A stretch of DNA of 33,235 bases from Candidatus Woesearchaeota archaeon (GTDB taxonomy: Archaea > Nanobdellota > Nanobdellia > Woesearchaeales > UBA10107), in NCBI GenBank assembly GCA_013331965.1, contig DUFL01000051.1, positions 1 through 33,235 on the forward strand, given 5' to 3'. The position numbers and the translations under genes were made by a program. This document shows positions 1-7,345 of the stretch, piece after piece; the first letter of the stretch is position 1; every line of letters starts with the position of its first letter. The notes beneath the pieces were generated by a model, which saw only the letters and a list, made by a program, of their open reading frames with translations, was not told where the DNA came from and did not search any database.

Positions 1-125
1 GAGGGTATTTATAAAGATTACTATGAGGATGGCTATGCTCTAAGAGTAGTTATTTTTGCTCAATTTCAAGCGTCGCGCCCCCGCCGAATTATTTTCGTTT
101 TAATTACAAACTAAAATTAAAATCG

Positions 126-241
126 TTTTGCCGCTGGTTCGACCCTTGCTTGTCAGATAAACTGCCGTTTTCCTGTAGGGAGCACCCCCTTCCGGCAAAA
201 TATTCTTTTTATTTATCGGGTCTCACGTAATGGCGGCAAAA
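126..241 (+). ncRNA. GC-rich three-stem hairpin element, copy A (candidate structured sRNA / repeat family)
   Basis: P1 ttttgccgc(126-134)/gcggcaaaa(233-241). 5' loop tggttc. P2 gaccc(141-145)/gggtc(218-222). 3' loop tcacgtaat. P3 tgccg(163-167)/cggca(193-197). Apical cct-gta-ggg-agca-ccccc. Same architecture as copies B-E. The transcribed strand is not proven. Confidence 0.55.
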
Positions 242-319
242 ATTAATATTTAGTCTTAACTACCTTTAATCCGTTCTTAGTTCATAAGCTTTAAAAGATA
301 GCTGTAAGGCGGATATGTC

Positions 320-991
320 ATGGCAGTAAATCATGTTGCAATCATTCTTGACGGGAACAGAAGGTATGCTAAGAAGCATAATCTTCCATTATATAGAGGA
401 CACGAATTCGGCGCTAAAAATGTTGAAAAATTATTCGGCTGGGCAGAAGAATTAAGCATCAAAGAACTGACGCTTTATTCTTTCTCTATGCAGAATTTCA
501 ATAGAACAAAAGAGGAGTTTAATTATCTGATGAAGGTATTCGAAATTTTCTGTAAAAAAGCAGTTGCCAAACTTAAAAAGAATCCAAAAGTCCAGTTTCA
601 TTTTATCGGAAGACTGAATTTATTCACTCGTAAAATTCAGATTTTAGCAAGAGAATTAGAGCGTAAATCAAGAAATAACAAATTGTTAAAGGTTAATTTC
701 GCATTTGGATACGGCGGAAGGGAAGAAATAGTTGACGCTGTTAAAAAGATTGTGAAAAAAGGATTAAAGAATATCGATGAAAAGGTAATTTCTGACAATT
801 TATACTTAAAATCAGAGCCTGAAGTAATAATAAGGACAGGAGGAGATCAAAGAACATCTAATTTCCTGCCATGGCAGAGTATATATTCTGAATGGTTCTT
901 CCTAGATAAGACTTGGCCCGAATTCAACAAGGCCGATTTAAAAAGGATTGTTGATGATTTTACTAGACGAGAGAGAAGATTTGGCGTCTAG
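320..991 (+). CDS. uppS: cis-prenyltransferase (undecaprenyl / di-trans,poly-cis-polyprenyl diphosphate synthase)
   Basis: N-terminal HVAIILDGNRRYA motif. Downstream: LTLYSFSMQNFNR, FGYGGREEIVDA, IIRTGGDQRTSNFLPWQS and C-terminal RERRFG, all hallmarks of the UPPS family. A TATA-like gctttaaaaga lies about 25 nt upstream. Confidence 0.92.
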   Translation: MAVNHVAIILDGNRRYAKKHNLPLYRGHEFGAKNVEKLFGWAEELSIKELTLYSFSMQNFNRTKEEFNYLMKVFEIFCKKAVAKLKKNPKVQFHFIGRLNLFTRKIQILARELERKSRNNKLLKVNFAFGYGGREEIVDAVKKIVKKGLKNIDEKVISDNLYLKSEPEVIIRTGGDQRTSNFLPWQSIYSEWFFLDKTWPEFNKADLKRIVDDFTRRERRFGV

Positions 992-1043
992 ACGAAAAGT
1001 TTATAAAGGAAAGCATTTCTAATCTGTCCTAGAGGATGTTTAG

Positions 1044-2648
1044 ATGAAGAAAGCGCACAACGGTTTCATTCTTGGATTGCTACTTATTACAATATTTACT
1101 ATGACTGTTTTCTCGGCTGTTAGACTAATAAGTCCTGCGCAGTACAATTATACAAACGCAACAAATCATTCGATTTATTTTAGGTTCAATTATACGGGTA
1201 CAATAGGAACAACACAAATTAATTGTACGTTGTTTATAGATTCAATAAATCGAGGAACAGTTAATTTGTCTGGCGGTACATACAAGGTTAATAAAACCAG
1301 CACAATTAGGGCGAATAAAACGTCTTCACTAACAAATGCAACTCACTATTGGAATATCAGTTGCATAAATAGAACTAAAAATAGTGTCTATGGCAGACAT
1401 ACAAGTACGAATGTATCAAATATACTGATAATTGATAGGCAGCCACCGACTGTTTCGCTGACATCTCCTGCAAATGGATTAAATACAACCACAACATCAA
1501 AAGCATTTGCATGGAATGTATCTAATGATCGTGATAAATATCTCAATTGCAGCATAAGGATAACCGGTATCGGAAGAAATAGAACTAATCTTCTTACAAC
1601 TAATGCTAGTTCGGCAGGAGCAAATTATACGACAGCATTTGTGATTAATAGACATTATACTTGGAACACTACTTGCATTGATAACGCTACGAATGAAGGA
1701 TTAAGCAGCAGCAGAACATTTACTGTAGATAATATAAGACCAAATGTCTCCGCGTTCCATCAGACTGTTATCCAGGAAGATGCTTACAATAACATTAATG
1801 CAACAGTTAACGATACCAATTCCGGAATTAGTCAGACTCTTTCAGCTGGCGGTTGTAAATTATTCATAGATGGTGCATTCACTAGAACTATGACATTCAC
1901 TCCGAACGAAGGGGTTGGCGGACAGGGCAAGGGGCATGCTAATGTTTCGATAAACTATCCGAATCCGGGAAACCATACGTTCCTCGTGAATTGTACTGAT
2001 TTAGCAGGAAACTCCAGAACTAATAGTTCAACTATTTATGTTAACGACACTAAATTGCCTAATATTTTAAAAACGACAAATGCTTCAACTACGAATTCAC
2101 TCGTGTTCAGGTTTAGCACAGACGACTTTACAAATTACACACTTAGATATGGTCATGCTGGCAATTTGAGTTTGCCATACTCAACTGGTGTTGCTCAAAA
2201 AGCGTATAATCATACCGTTACATTGTCCGGATTGCTTTCGAATACACTATACTACTATAACATCACTCTTTGTGATAGAACAGTAGCACATGCAAGATGT
2301 AAGAATCAATCGTCTTCCATGGGTACGCTTCAGCCTACTTCTGAAATAGGTGGTGGTTCTGGTAGTGGCAGTTCAAGTTCGACTACAACCACAACAGTAA
2401 CTGAACCTCTTATAACAGGAATTACTCCAGTAACAGCAGAGACTATAACAACTCCGGTTACATCAGGAGTTGCATCTGGCGGATCAGGTAGTTCAGGCGG
2501 AGCAGCAGGAGCGGGACAAGCTGGAATAGTTGCACCAACAACTCAGAAAGAGACAGGAAAAGCAGCAGCACCGGTTGCAACAACTAAATTATCATTCCTT
2601 AGCTGGCTTAAATCATTGTTTGCAAGATTGTTCGGTGTATTCAGTTAA
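1044..2648 (+). CDS. secreted cell-surface (S-layer-like) glycoprotein, extremely rich in N-glycosylation sequons
   Basis: N-terminal hydrophobic signal/anchor (GFILGLLLITIFTMTVFSA). About 34 N-x-S/T sequons by manual count. Repeated beta-sandwich-like signature Y-x-W-N-x-x-C-x-(D/N)-x-x-x-N (HYWNISCINRTKN, HYTWNTTCIDNATN, HTFLVNCTDLAGN). G/S/T-rich linker and a C-terminal hydrophobic tail. Confidence 0.8.
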   Translation: MKKAHNGFILGLLLITIFTMTVFSAVRLISPAQYNYTNATNHSIYFRFNYTGTIGTTQINCTLFIDSINRGTVNLSGGTYKVNKTSTIRANKTSSLTNATHYWNISCINRTKNSVYGRHTSTNVSNILIIDRQPPTVSLTSPANGLNTTTTSKAFAWNVSNDRDKYLNCSIRITGIGRNRTNLLTTNASSAGANYTTAFVINRHYTWNTTCIDNATNEGLSSSRTFTVDNIRPNVSAFHQTVIQEDAYNNINATVNDTNSGISQTLSAGGCKLFIDGAFTRTMTFTPNEGVGGQGKGHANVSINYPNPGNHTFLVNCTDLAGNSRTNSSTIYVNDTKLPNILKTTNASTTNSLVFRFSTDDFTNYTLRYGHAGNLSLPYSTGVAQKAYNHTVTLSGLLSNTLYYYNITLCDRTVAHARCKNQSSSMGTLQPTSEIGGGSGSGSSSSTTTTTVTEPLITGITPVTAETITTPVTSGVASGGSGSSGGAAGAGQAGIVAPTTQKETGKAAAPVATTKLSFLSWLKSLFARLFGVFS

Positions 2649-2770
2649 ATTCTTTGGTTTTTACTTTTTTTAATTACTACGAATAGAATTTGGTCTGTGT
2701 TTTTTGTTTTGTTCGAACCTAACTAAATAACACAGGCAGAATATTTGATTTAATACTAACAAACTAAAAA

Positions 2771-2928
2771 GTTAGCATCGGCTCGCGATGTAATTGTTAA
2801 TTATCACATCTCGTTCAAGTCCCGGATGGTACAATCTCGACAAAGTCGAGCTGTGCGCAACTTCGTTGCTGAGCGTCCCCTTTAGCTCTTATTATTCGTT
2901 TGTATTTATCGCTCGCAATTGATGCTAC
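2771..2928 (+). ncRNA. GC-rich three-stem hairpin element, copy B (long variant)
   Basis: P1 gttagcatc(2771-2779)/gatgctac(2921-2928), extended by flanking A5/T7 runs. Loops ggctc and tcgcaatt. P2 gcgat(2785-2789)/atcgc(2908-2912). Conserved ttatcaca, gagcgtcccc and cttatt motifs. Extra internal hairpin ctcgac-aaa-gtcgag (2836-2850). Confidence 0.55.
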
Positions 2929-2952
2929 TTTTTTTAATTATTTAGAAACAAT

Positions 2953-3219
2953 TCAAATCTCTTTAAGAATTGCTTTCTCGAACTCTTCAACATTCTTTTT
3001 AAGATTTTGAGCGGCAGTTTTAATAAGTTTTCTGGGCTCTTTTCCGTGAACAACCAGCTCAGGATTGCCGACTAATGGATGTCTTTTGTCCAATGTCACG
3101 ATTTCCACCCCTTTCGTACTCCAAAGCTCGTCCTTCAAAGCATTGGCAAAGATAGCGTTTTCATTCGGAAATTTCATCTTTGCTTCTTCCTTTTCGTCCT
3201 TTAGAAATTCAATCAGCAT
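2953..3219 (-). CDS. rpoL: DNA-directed RNA polymerase subunit L (Rpo11)
   Basis: MLIEFLKDEKEE...NALKDEL...VTLDKRHPLVGNPELVV matches the RpoL/Rpo11 pattern (xIxxLKxE, N-x-L, HPL). Start moved to Met31 of the track ORF because tttataaa (3243-3250) lies about 25 nt upstream of this ATG. Confidence 0.8.
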   Translation of the reverse strand: MLIEFLKDEKEEAKMKFPNENAIFANALKDELWSTKGVEIVTLDKRHPLVGNPELVVHGKEPRKLIKTAAQNLKKNVEEFEKAILKEI

Positions 3220-3369
3220 ATTATTCTTTGAAAATAGGTCCTTTATAAATGTTGTTATGATGCAAAAGTAGTATTGTAAGCTTAGTTGTGCCATCGACTC
3301 GGCATGCAATTTAACTCATAAATACATAAATTTTTATAATAATCTGCATTCAAAAATAGAGGGGGTTTT

Positions 3370-3867
3370 ATGTTTAAGTTCAATAAAGAGGACTCTAAGT
3401 TAAAAGAGATAGAAAACAGCGTAAAATCGGCCTTTAAAGCCGTCAAAGAAGAGATGGAAGACCATCTGACTTCTATAAATGAGAATACAGAAGAGCTCCA
3501 GGAACACTCTGCTCACATCGATGAACTGGAGTCTAAATTTGAGAAATTACAGGAGAGATTCGATGAGATCCATATGATGCTTTCAAGGATGACGAAGCAG
3601 GGAGATTTATCTCTTTCCGAGACAGAAAAAAATGTTTTTATGGTTCTTTATTCAATCGAGCAGACGCCATTGAGTTACACTGATATTTCGATGAGAACAG
3701 GACTGACTGAATTGGCAGTCAAAGCTCACATTTTCTCGATGATTAACAAAGGAATTCCCATCTTGGAACGGCAGATCGACGGACAGTCATTCTTTAGATT
3801 GGATAAAAAATTCAAAGAACTGCAGGCCAAAGAGAATGTTTTAAAGATTGATATGGATAATTTCTAA
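3370..3867 (+). CDS. coiled-coil + C-terminal winged-helix DNA-binding protein (putative transcription regulator)
   Basis: N-terminal heptad-rich E/K region. C-terminal TEKNVFMVLYSIEQTPLSYTDISMRTGLTELAVKAHIFSMINKGIPILER resembles a wHTH. GAGGGGG SD-like element lies 5 nt upstream. Confidence 0.65.
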   Translation: MFKFNKEDSKLKEIENSVKSAFKAVKEEMEDHLTSINENTEELQEHSAHIDELESKFEKLQERFDEIHMMLSRMTKQGDLSLSETEKNVFMVLYSIEQTPLSYTDISMRTGLTELAVKAHIFSMINKGIPILERQIDGQSFFRLDKKFKELQAKENVLKIDMDNF

Positions 3868-4136
3868 CTCTCACTTATATTTATATTTTTAGTATTTTTC
3901 AATAATAGAAGAGATTGTTGTTATGATGTTAAGCTCTCACTTTAACCTAATGCAGGAATATTCCCGACAGTTGTAATCGTTTTTTCAGTAGGAATTCTGT
4001 CTAATGTGTTCGGGATTAATGGATTATAGCAACTACTGTCGAAATAATCTCTTTAGTGCATTATACCGAATGATTAAAACTTTTAATCAATAAAATCACA
4101 ACTAAATATATCAAAAATACAAATAGCTTAAATTAT

Positions 4137-4637
4137 TTAATCAAAAACAATATTTTCCTGATTTTTTTGTTGCGAAGCAGCAATTTTCTCGTTTTTGATC
4201 AACTTTTGCAATTCCCTGACATATTTCATTGAAGTTTCAAGATAGTTCGTAATTCTTTGTACAGATTTCTCAAAAGCGCTCTCTAGAGTGCTTCCGTTAA
4301 GCTTGTAGCCGATTATAACCTTTCCGTCAGTTATGAACGAAGTTTTGCTAATCAGGTCAAGTTCAACCCAGCGTTTAAGATAGTCATACATTGTCTGTCT
4401 TGTTATTCCGGCATGAAGACCCATCTCTTCAACAGTCATGACAGCAGCTTCGGGGTGTTTTTCTCTCTGTGCAGCTTTCATTTTCTCATATATTTCTACA
4501 AGAACATTGTGCATCTTGTCTGTCGAGCCTTCTTTTCTTGGCATCAACCCCATCCTGTGCATTATTATTCTGCTTAGTTCGTCTGCAGTGGGGTTCATGT
4601 TTGGCTCATGGTTTGTTAATATTATTTTTGTTGTCAT
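4137..4637 (-). CDS. HTH-type DNA-binding protein (putative transcription regulator)
   Basis: Central MTVEEMGLHAGITRQTMYDYLKRWVELDLISKT helix-turn-helix-like segment. GAGGT SD upstream. A 6-bp-stem palindrome gccgaa-tttg-ttcggc (4651-4666) lies in the leader. Confidence 0.7.
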   Translation of the reverse strand: MTTKIILTNHEPNMNPTADELSRIIMHRMGLMPRKEGSTDKMHNVLVEIYEKMKAAQREKHPEAAVMTVEEMGLHAGITRQTMYDYLKRWVELDLISKTSFITDGKVIIGYKLNGSTLESAFEKSVQRITNYLETSMKYVRELQKLIKNEKIAASQQKNQENIVFD

Positions 4638-5244
4638 ATTACCTCTTTTAGCCGAATTTGTTCGGCATTTATGTTTCTTACATTAGGTATTATGCCGATT
4701 AGTTAATAAGCCTCACGCGCGGTTGTCCAGTGGGAAATTAAAACTTTTAATCAAAACTCACATATTATGTCTAAACGCCAATTGAAAGCCAATTCATGAA
4801 CTAATCAACTATGCCTGGGCAAAATGATGGTCAGATATACTAACAAACCACTAAAAAATTCAGTAAAAATAATCATTCGGAATTATCTCCAAATAAGCTG
4901 TTTCCAGGAAAAACTATGTTTTGCACAAAAACATGCAATTCGTGTATAATCCCGACTCTGTCGGAATGATTTATTCTATTCTGGCATTATCCCGACAAAT
5001 TAGTTCAACCCTTAAACAATGCTTAACCCCGGTTGAGCATCAAAACTTTACATTTGCATCGGAATTAAACAATAATCCCGACAAAGAAACAAGTTCAAGG
5101 AGCAATTAAGGGATTATTCCTGCAATCAGAACCAGTATACGAATTAGGCACAAAAAAACACGTAGTTGATTTATTATTCGAATATCATCGATTTTTGCCC
5201 AAAAACAGAAAGGTTTAAATATAACAAGTTAAACATGTTTACAT

Positions 5245-5481
5245 ATGACACAAATACAAATAGCAGTCAGGGATGTTAATGAAGAAGCATTCAGAGAGTT
5301 TAAGTCCGATGTAGTTAAGCGTGGCATGAAATTAGGAACAGCTCTAACTTTGGCAATGGAGAAATTCAGGTCTGAACTGCTTAAACCGCGTCCAAAATTC
5401 ACTTCACTGCGTCCTGTTGACTGGGGCAGGGGAAGTGAGAAATTGAGTGAACAAGTGGATGAAATTTTATATGGCGGATAA
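5245..5481 (+). CDS. vapB: antitoxin (VapB-like) of a type II TA pair
   Basis: Small 78-aa protein ending 2 nt before the PIN-domain gene. BRE/TATA gaaaggtttaaatata lies about 25 nt upstream. Confidence 0.7.
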   Translation: MTQIQIAVRDVNEEAFREFKSDVVKRGMKLGTALTLAMEKFRSELLKPRPKFTSLRPVDWGRGSEKLSEQVDEILYGG

Positions 5482-5483
5482 AA

Positions 5484-5882
5484 ATGATATTTTTAGATGC
5501 AAATATTTTCTTGGCACACGATAATATTAACGATGTACACCACGAAAAAGCATTGCTTCTTTGGAAACGAATCGAGTCGGGCGAATTTGAACAATATTTC
5601 ACTTCTGATTATGTTATTAATGAAGTCGTAGGAGTCACATTACGAAAGTTCGGAAAAGACAGGGCTATAGCTATCGGAAAGCAGATATTAAATGCAATGA
5701 ATATATTAAATATAGACGAGCATATGCTGATTGAAGCTTGGGGGATATTTACAGAAACAAAGCTCGCTTTGAACTTAGTCGATTGCACAAATATTATCGC
5801 TGCCAGAATAGCCGATGCAAAATTTATAGCAACTTTTGATAAAGAGTTCAAGAAATCAGAAGGAATCAGTATTATCGATTAA
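5484..5882 (+). CDS. vapC: PIN-domain ribonuclease toxin VapC
   Basis: MIFLDANIFL (first acidic residue), TSDYVINEV, VDCTNIIAA and ATFDKEF give a typical PIN acidic quartet layout in 132 aa. Confidence 0.85.
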   Translation: MIFLDANIFLAHDNINDVHHEKALLLWKRIESGEFEQYFTSDYVINEVVGVTLRKFGKDRAIAIGKQILNAMNILNIDEHMLIEAWGIFTETKLALNLVDCTNIIAARIADAKFIATFDKEFKKSEGISIID

Positions 5883-5891
5883 AAGACTGTC

Positions 5892-6608
5892 TTAACCCAT
5901 GTAACTTAGCTGTTTTTTCTGCTGGATTTCTCCGGCTTCCTTGCCCTTAGACATTATTGCCTTCAATTTGCTTTCAAACTGCTCAGCCTGTTTTTCCAAA
6001 GGCTTAGGATCAACATTTAATCCAAGATATTTGTCCAGGACTCTGATGACTGCCGCCGCTGCTTTCGAGTCAGGCATCGCAGAGTGAGTTTCTGCAAAGA
6101 TGCAGCTCATCGTCTGCTTAGTATTCTTCGCTTTTAACAAAATCGTGCCGGTAACTCCCATTATGACTCCTTCCTGCAGTTCATCAACATTCATTCTCTC
6201 AAAATCCTTTCTTATTTTTTCGCTGTTTGAATAGTAGAATGTTTTAGGGTTGTCATCAGAATTGGCACTTCCGACTCCCTCAACTGAAACAATCTCTTTT
6301 GCTTCAAGCATATTCGCCAGCTTTAATACAACTTCGCTGAACTGCCATTCCAATCCTGCAGGATTCGTTACAACGTGCAGAAAAACTATGTTGAATTTTT
6401 TATTGTAGAAAATTTCAATCGGCTGGACGACCTCTCCTTTATGCAAAGCAACCATTGGGGGGATTTCTTCGCTCACTATCGTTCCGATTGACTCGCAGTC
6501 AAGATGATCAATTAAATATTCAGTAACAATAGTTCCAATTAATCCAAATCCGGGAAAGCCTTCCACCAATATGACATCTTTTGGTTTTTTTGTGAGAATA
6601 ATCTCCAT
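5892..6608 (-). CDS. PAC2-family protein (archaeal proteasome-assembly chaperone PbaA/B-like)
   Basis: MEIILTKKPKDVILVEGFPGFGLIGTIVTEYLIDHL is the typical PAC2/COG1938 N-terminus. Start set at Met10 of the track ORF, 1 nt after the stop of the upstream gene. Confidence 0.75.
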   Translation of the reverse strand: MEIILTKKPKDVILVEGFPGFGLIGTIVTEYLIDHLDCESIGTIVSEEIPPMVALHKGEVVQPIEIFYNKKFNIVFLHVVTNPAGLEWQFSEVVLKLANMLEAKEIVSVEGVGSANSDDNPKTFYYSNSEKIRKDFERMNVDELQEGVIMGVTGTILLKAKNTKQTMSCIFAETHSAMPDSKAAAAVIRVLDKYLGLNVDPKPLEKQAEQFESKLKAIMSKGKEAGEIQQKKQLSYMG

Positions 6609-6609
6609 T

Positions 6610-7023
6610 TTATAATTCCATTGCAAACATCGCAATCATCAAAAATAATCCTTCGATGACAAAGATTATGTGATAAACAAGAATGGGCAGTTCCAATCCA
6701 AACAAGCCAGGTCCTATTCCGAATGACTGCAATGCCGGCAGTACTCCGACTACCATGATTGCTATTCCGATAAAGAAAGACAGCCATCCAATATGATTTG
6801 AATTTGTCAGTTCAATTACTGATTCAATCGCCAAATACAATCCTAAAGCAGCCAGGAGGTATGGCGCAGCGCTCATAAATGCGCTTGAGCCCATGAAATT
6901 TGATATTCCCCAGTCAACAATATTAAACCGTTCTAATAATGGAATTAATCCCGCTGCAAAAACAACAAATCCAACTAATCCGCTGAGCCAGTCCTTAGGC
7001 TCCATCATCGCTTTTTTGTTCAT
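6610..7023 (-). CDS. multi-pass membrane protein, unknown function
   Basis: Four or so hydrophobic helices. GGAG SD upstream. The internal MEPKDWL motif resembles the N-termini of the two upstream mini-proteins. Confidence 0.7.
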   Translation of the reverse strand: MNKKAMMEPKDWLSGLVGFVVFAAGLIPLLERFNIVDWGISNFMGSSAFMSAAPYLLAALGLYLAIESVIELTNSNHIGWLSFFIGIAIMVVGVLPALQSFGIGPGLFGLELPILVYHIIFVIEGLFLMIAMFAMEL

Positions 7024-7044
7024 TTCTTATTTTCTCCTTTTATT

Positions 7045-7188
7045 TTATAAAAATAACACTTTTATTGCTCCCAGCAGCAAAGATACCGGAATTGTTATTT
7101 GAAAATATTTCCATTTTCTGAATAATATTGGAACTAAATTTATGGCAATAATTGTCAATCCAAACCATAAATTGAGCGGTTCTATCAT
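7045..7188 (-). CDS. 47-aa small membrane protein (MIEPLNLWFGLTIIAINLVPILFRKWKYFQITIPVSLLLGAIKVLFL)
   Basis: Not in the ORF track (<60 aa). ATGA start/stop overlap with the upstream mini-ORF. Two hydrophobic segments. Paralogous N-terminus M-x-EPLNL. Confidence 0.5.
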   Translation of the reverse strand: MIEPLNLWFGLTIIAINLVPILFRKWKYFQITIPVSLLLGAIKVLFL

Positions 7189-7322
7189 TTTATTACCCTC
7201 GCAAGTGCTTCAATCAGTGTCGTTATTATGAGGAGAATTAATCCGTAATTTCCTTGGCCAAAAATAATGAGAACCGCCCCTAAAATAGCTACAAAGCCCA
7301 TGATAAGATTTAATGGTTCCAT
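7185..7322 (-). CDS. 45-aa small membrane protein (MEPLNLIMGFVAILGAVLIIFGQGNYGLILLIITTLIEALARVIK)
   Basis: Not in the ORF track. GGAGTAGTC precedes the ATG. Lies 24 nt downstream of the 316-aa gene. Hydrophobic hairpin. Confidence 0.5.
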   Translation of the reverse strand: MEPLNLIMGFVAILGAVLIIFGQGNYGLILLIITTLIEALARVIK

Positions 7323-7345
7323 GACTACTCCTTTCCTGCTGCGGT

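Noticed and set aside
1-114. Open frame from the window edge to TAA at 112-114 (..EGIYKDYYEDGYALRVVIFAQFQ..), a possible 3' end of an upstream gene.
   Set aside because: Only 37 codons are visible, and the frame runs through the repeat remnant and the AT-rich leader. It cannot be supported without upstream sequence.
135-145. GGTTCGA-type strings (also 23539-23546 and 25642-25649) resembling tRNA T-loops, suggesting tRNA or split-tRNA genes.
   Set aside because: The flanking 5-nt segments are not complementary, so there is no T-stem. No acceptor, D or anticodon arms could be drawn. The string is the conserved 5' internal loop of the hairpin family.
2771-2928. Hairpin elements as integron attC-like recombination sites (structure conserved, sequence variable, GTTAGC...GCTAAC ends).
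   Set aside because: The polarity is reversed relative to attC (R'' RYYYAAC at the 5' end, R' GTTRRRY at the 3' end). No integron integrase is present, and the neighbours are housekeeping genes rather than cassettes.
3065-3271. ORFs antisense to or overlapping known genes. The same applies to 4438-4686, 5399-5851, 6539-6787, 7210-7536, 7629-7895, 8913-9116, 10078-10446, 17295-17486, 18440-18652, 19153-19395, 20948-21425, 21562-21807, 24591-25534, 26133-26931, 27655-27870, 28274-28456, 28763-28984, 29640-30104, 30689-31188, 31807-32019 and 32239-33145.
   Set aside because: Each lies within a longer ORF that has a recognisable family signature or better start context. None has its own promoter or SD.
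4921-5109. + strand 62-aa ORF in the long spacer.
   Set aside because: It has a non-ATG start and no SD or TATA at the proper distance. The frame is made up of the ATCCCGACA repeat copies.
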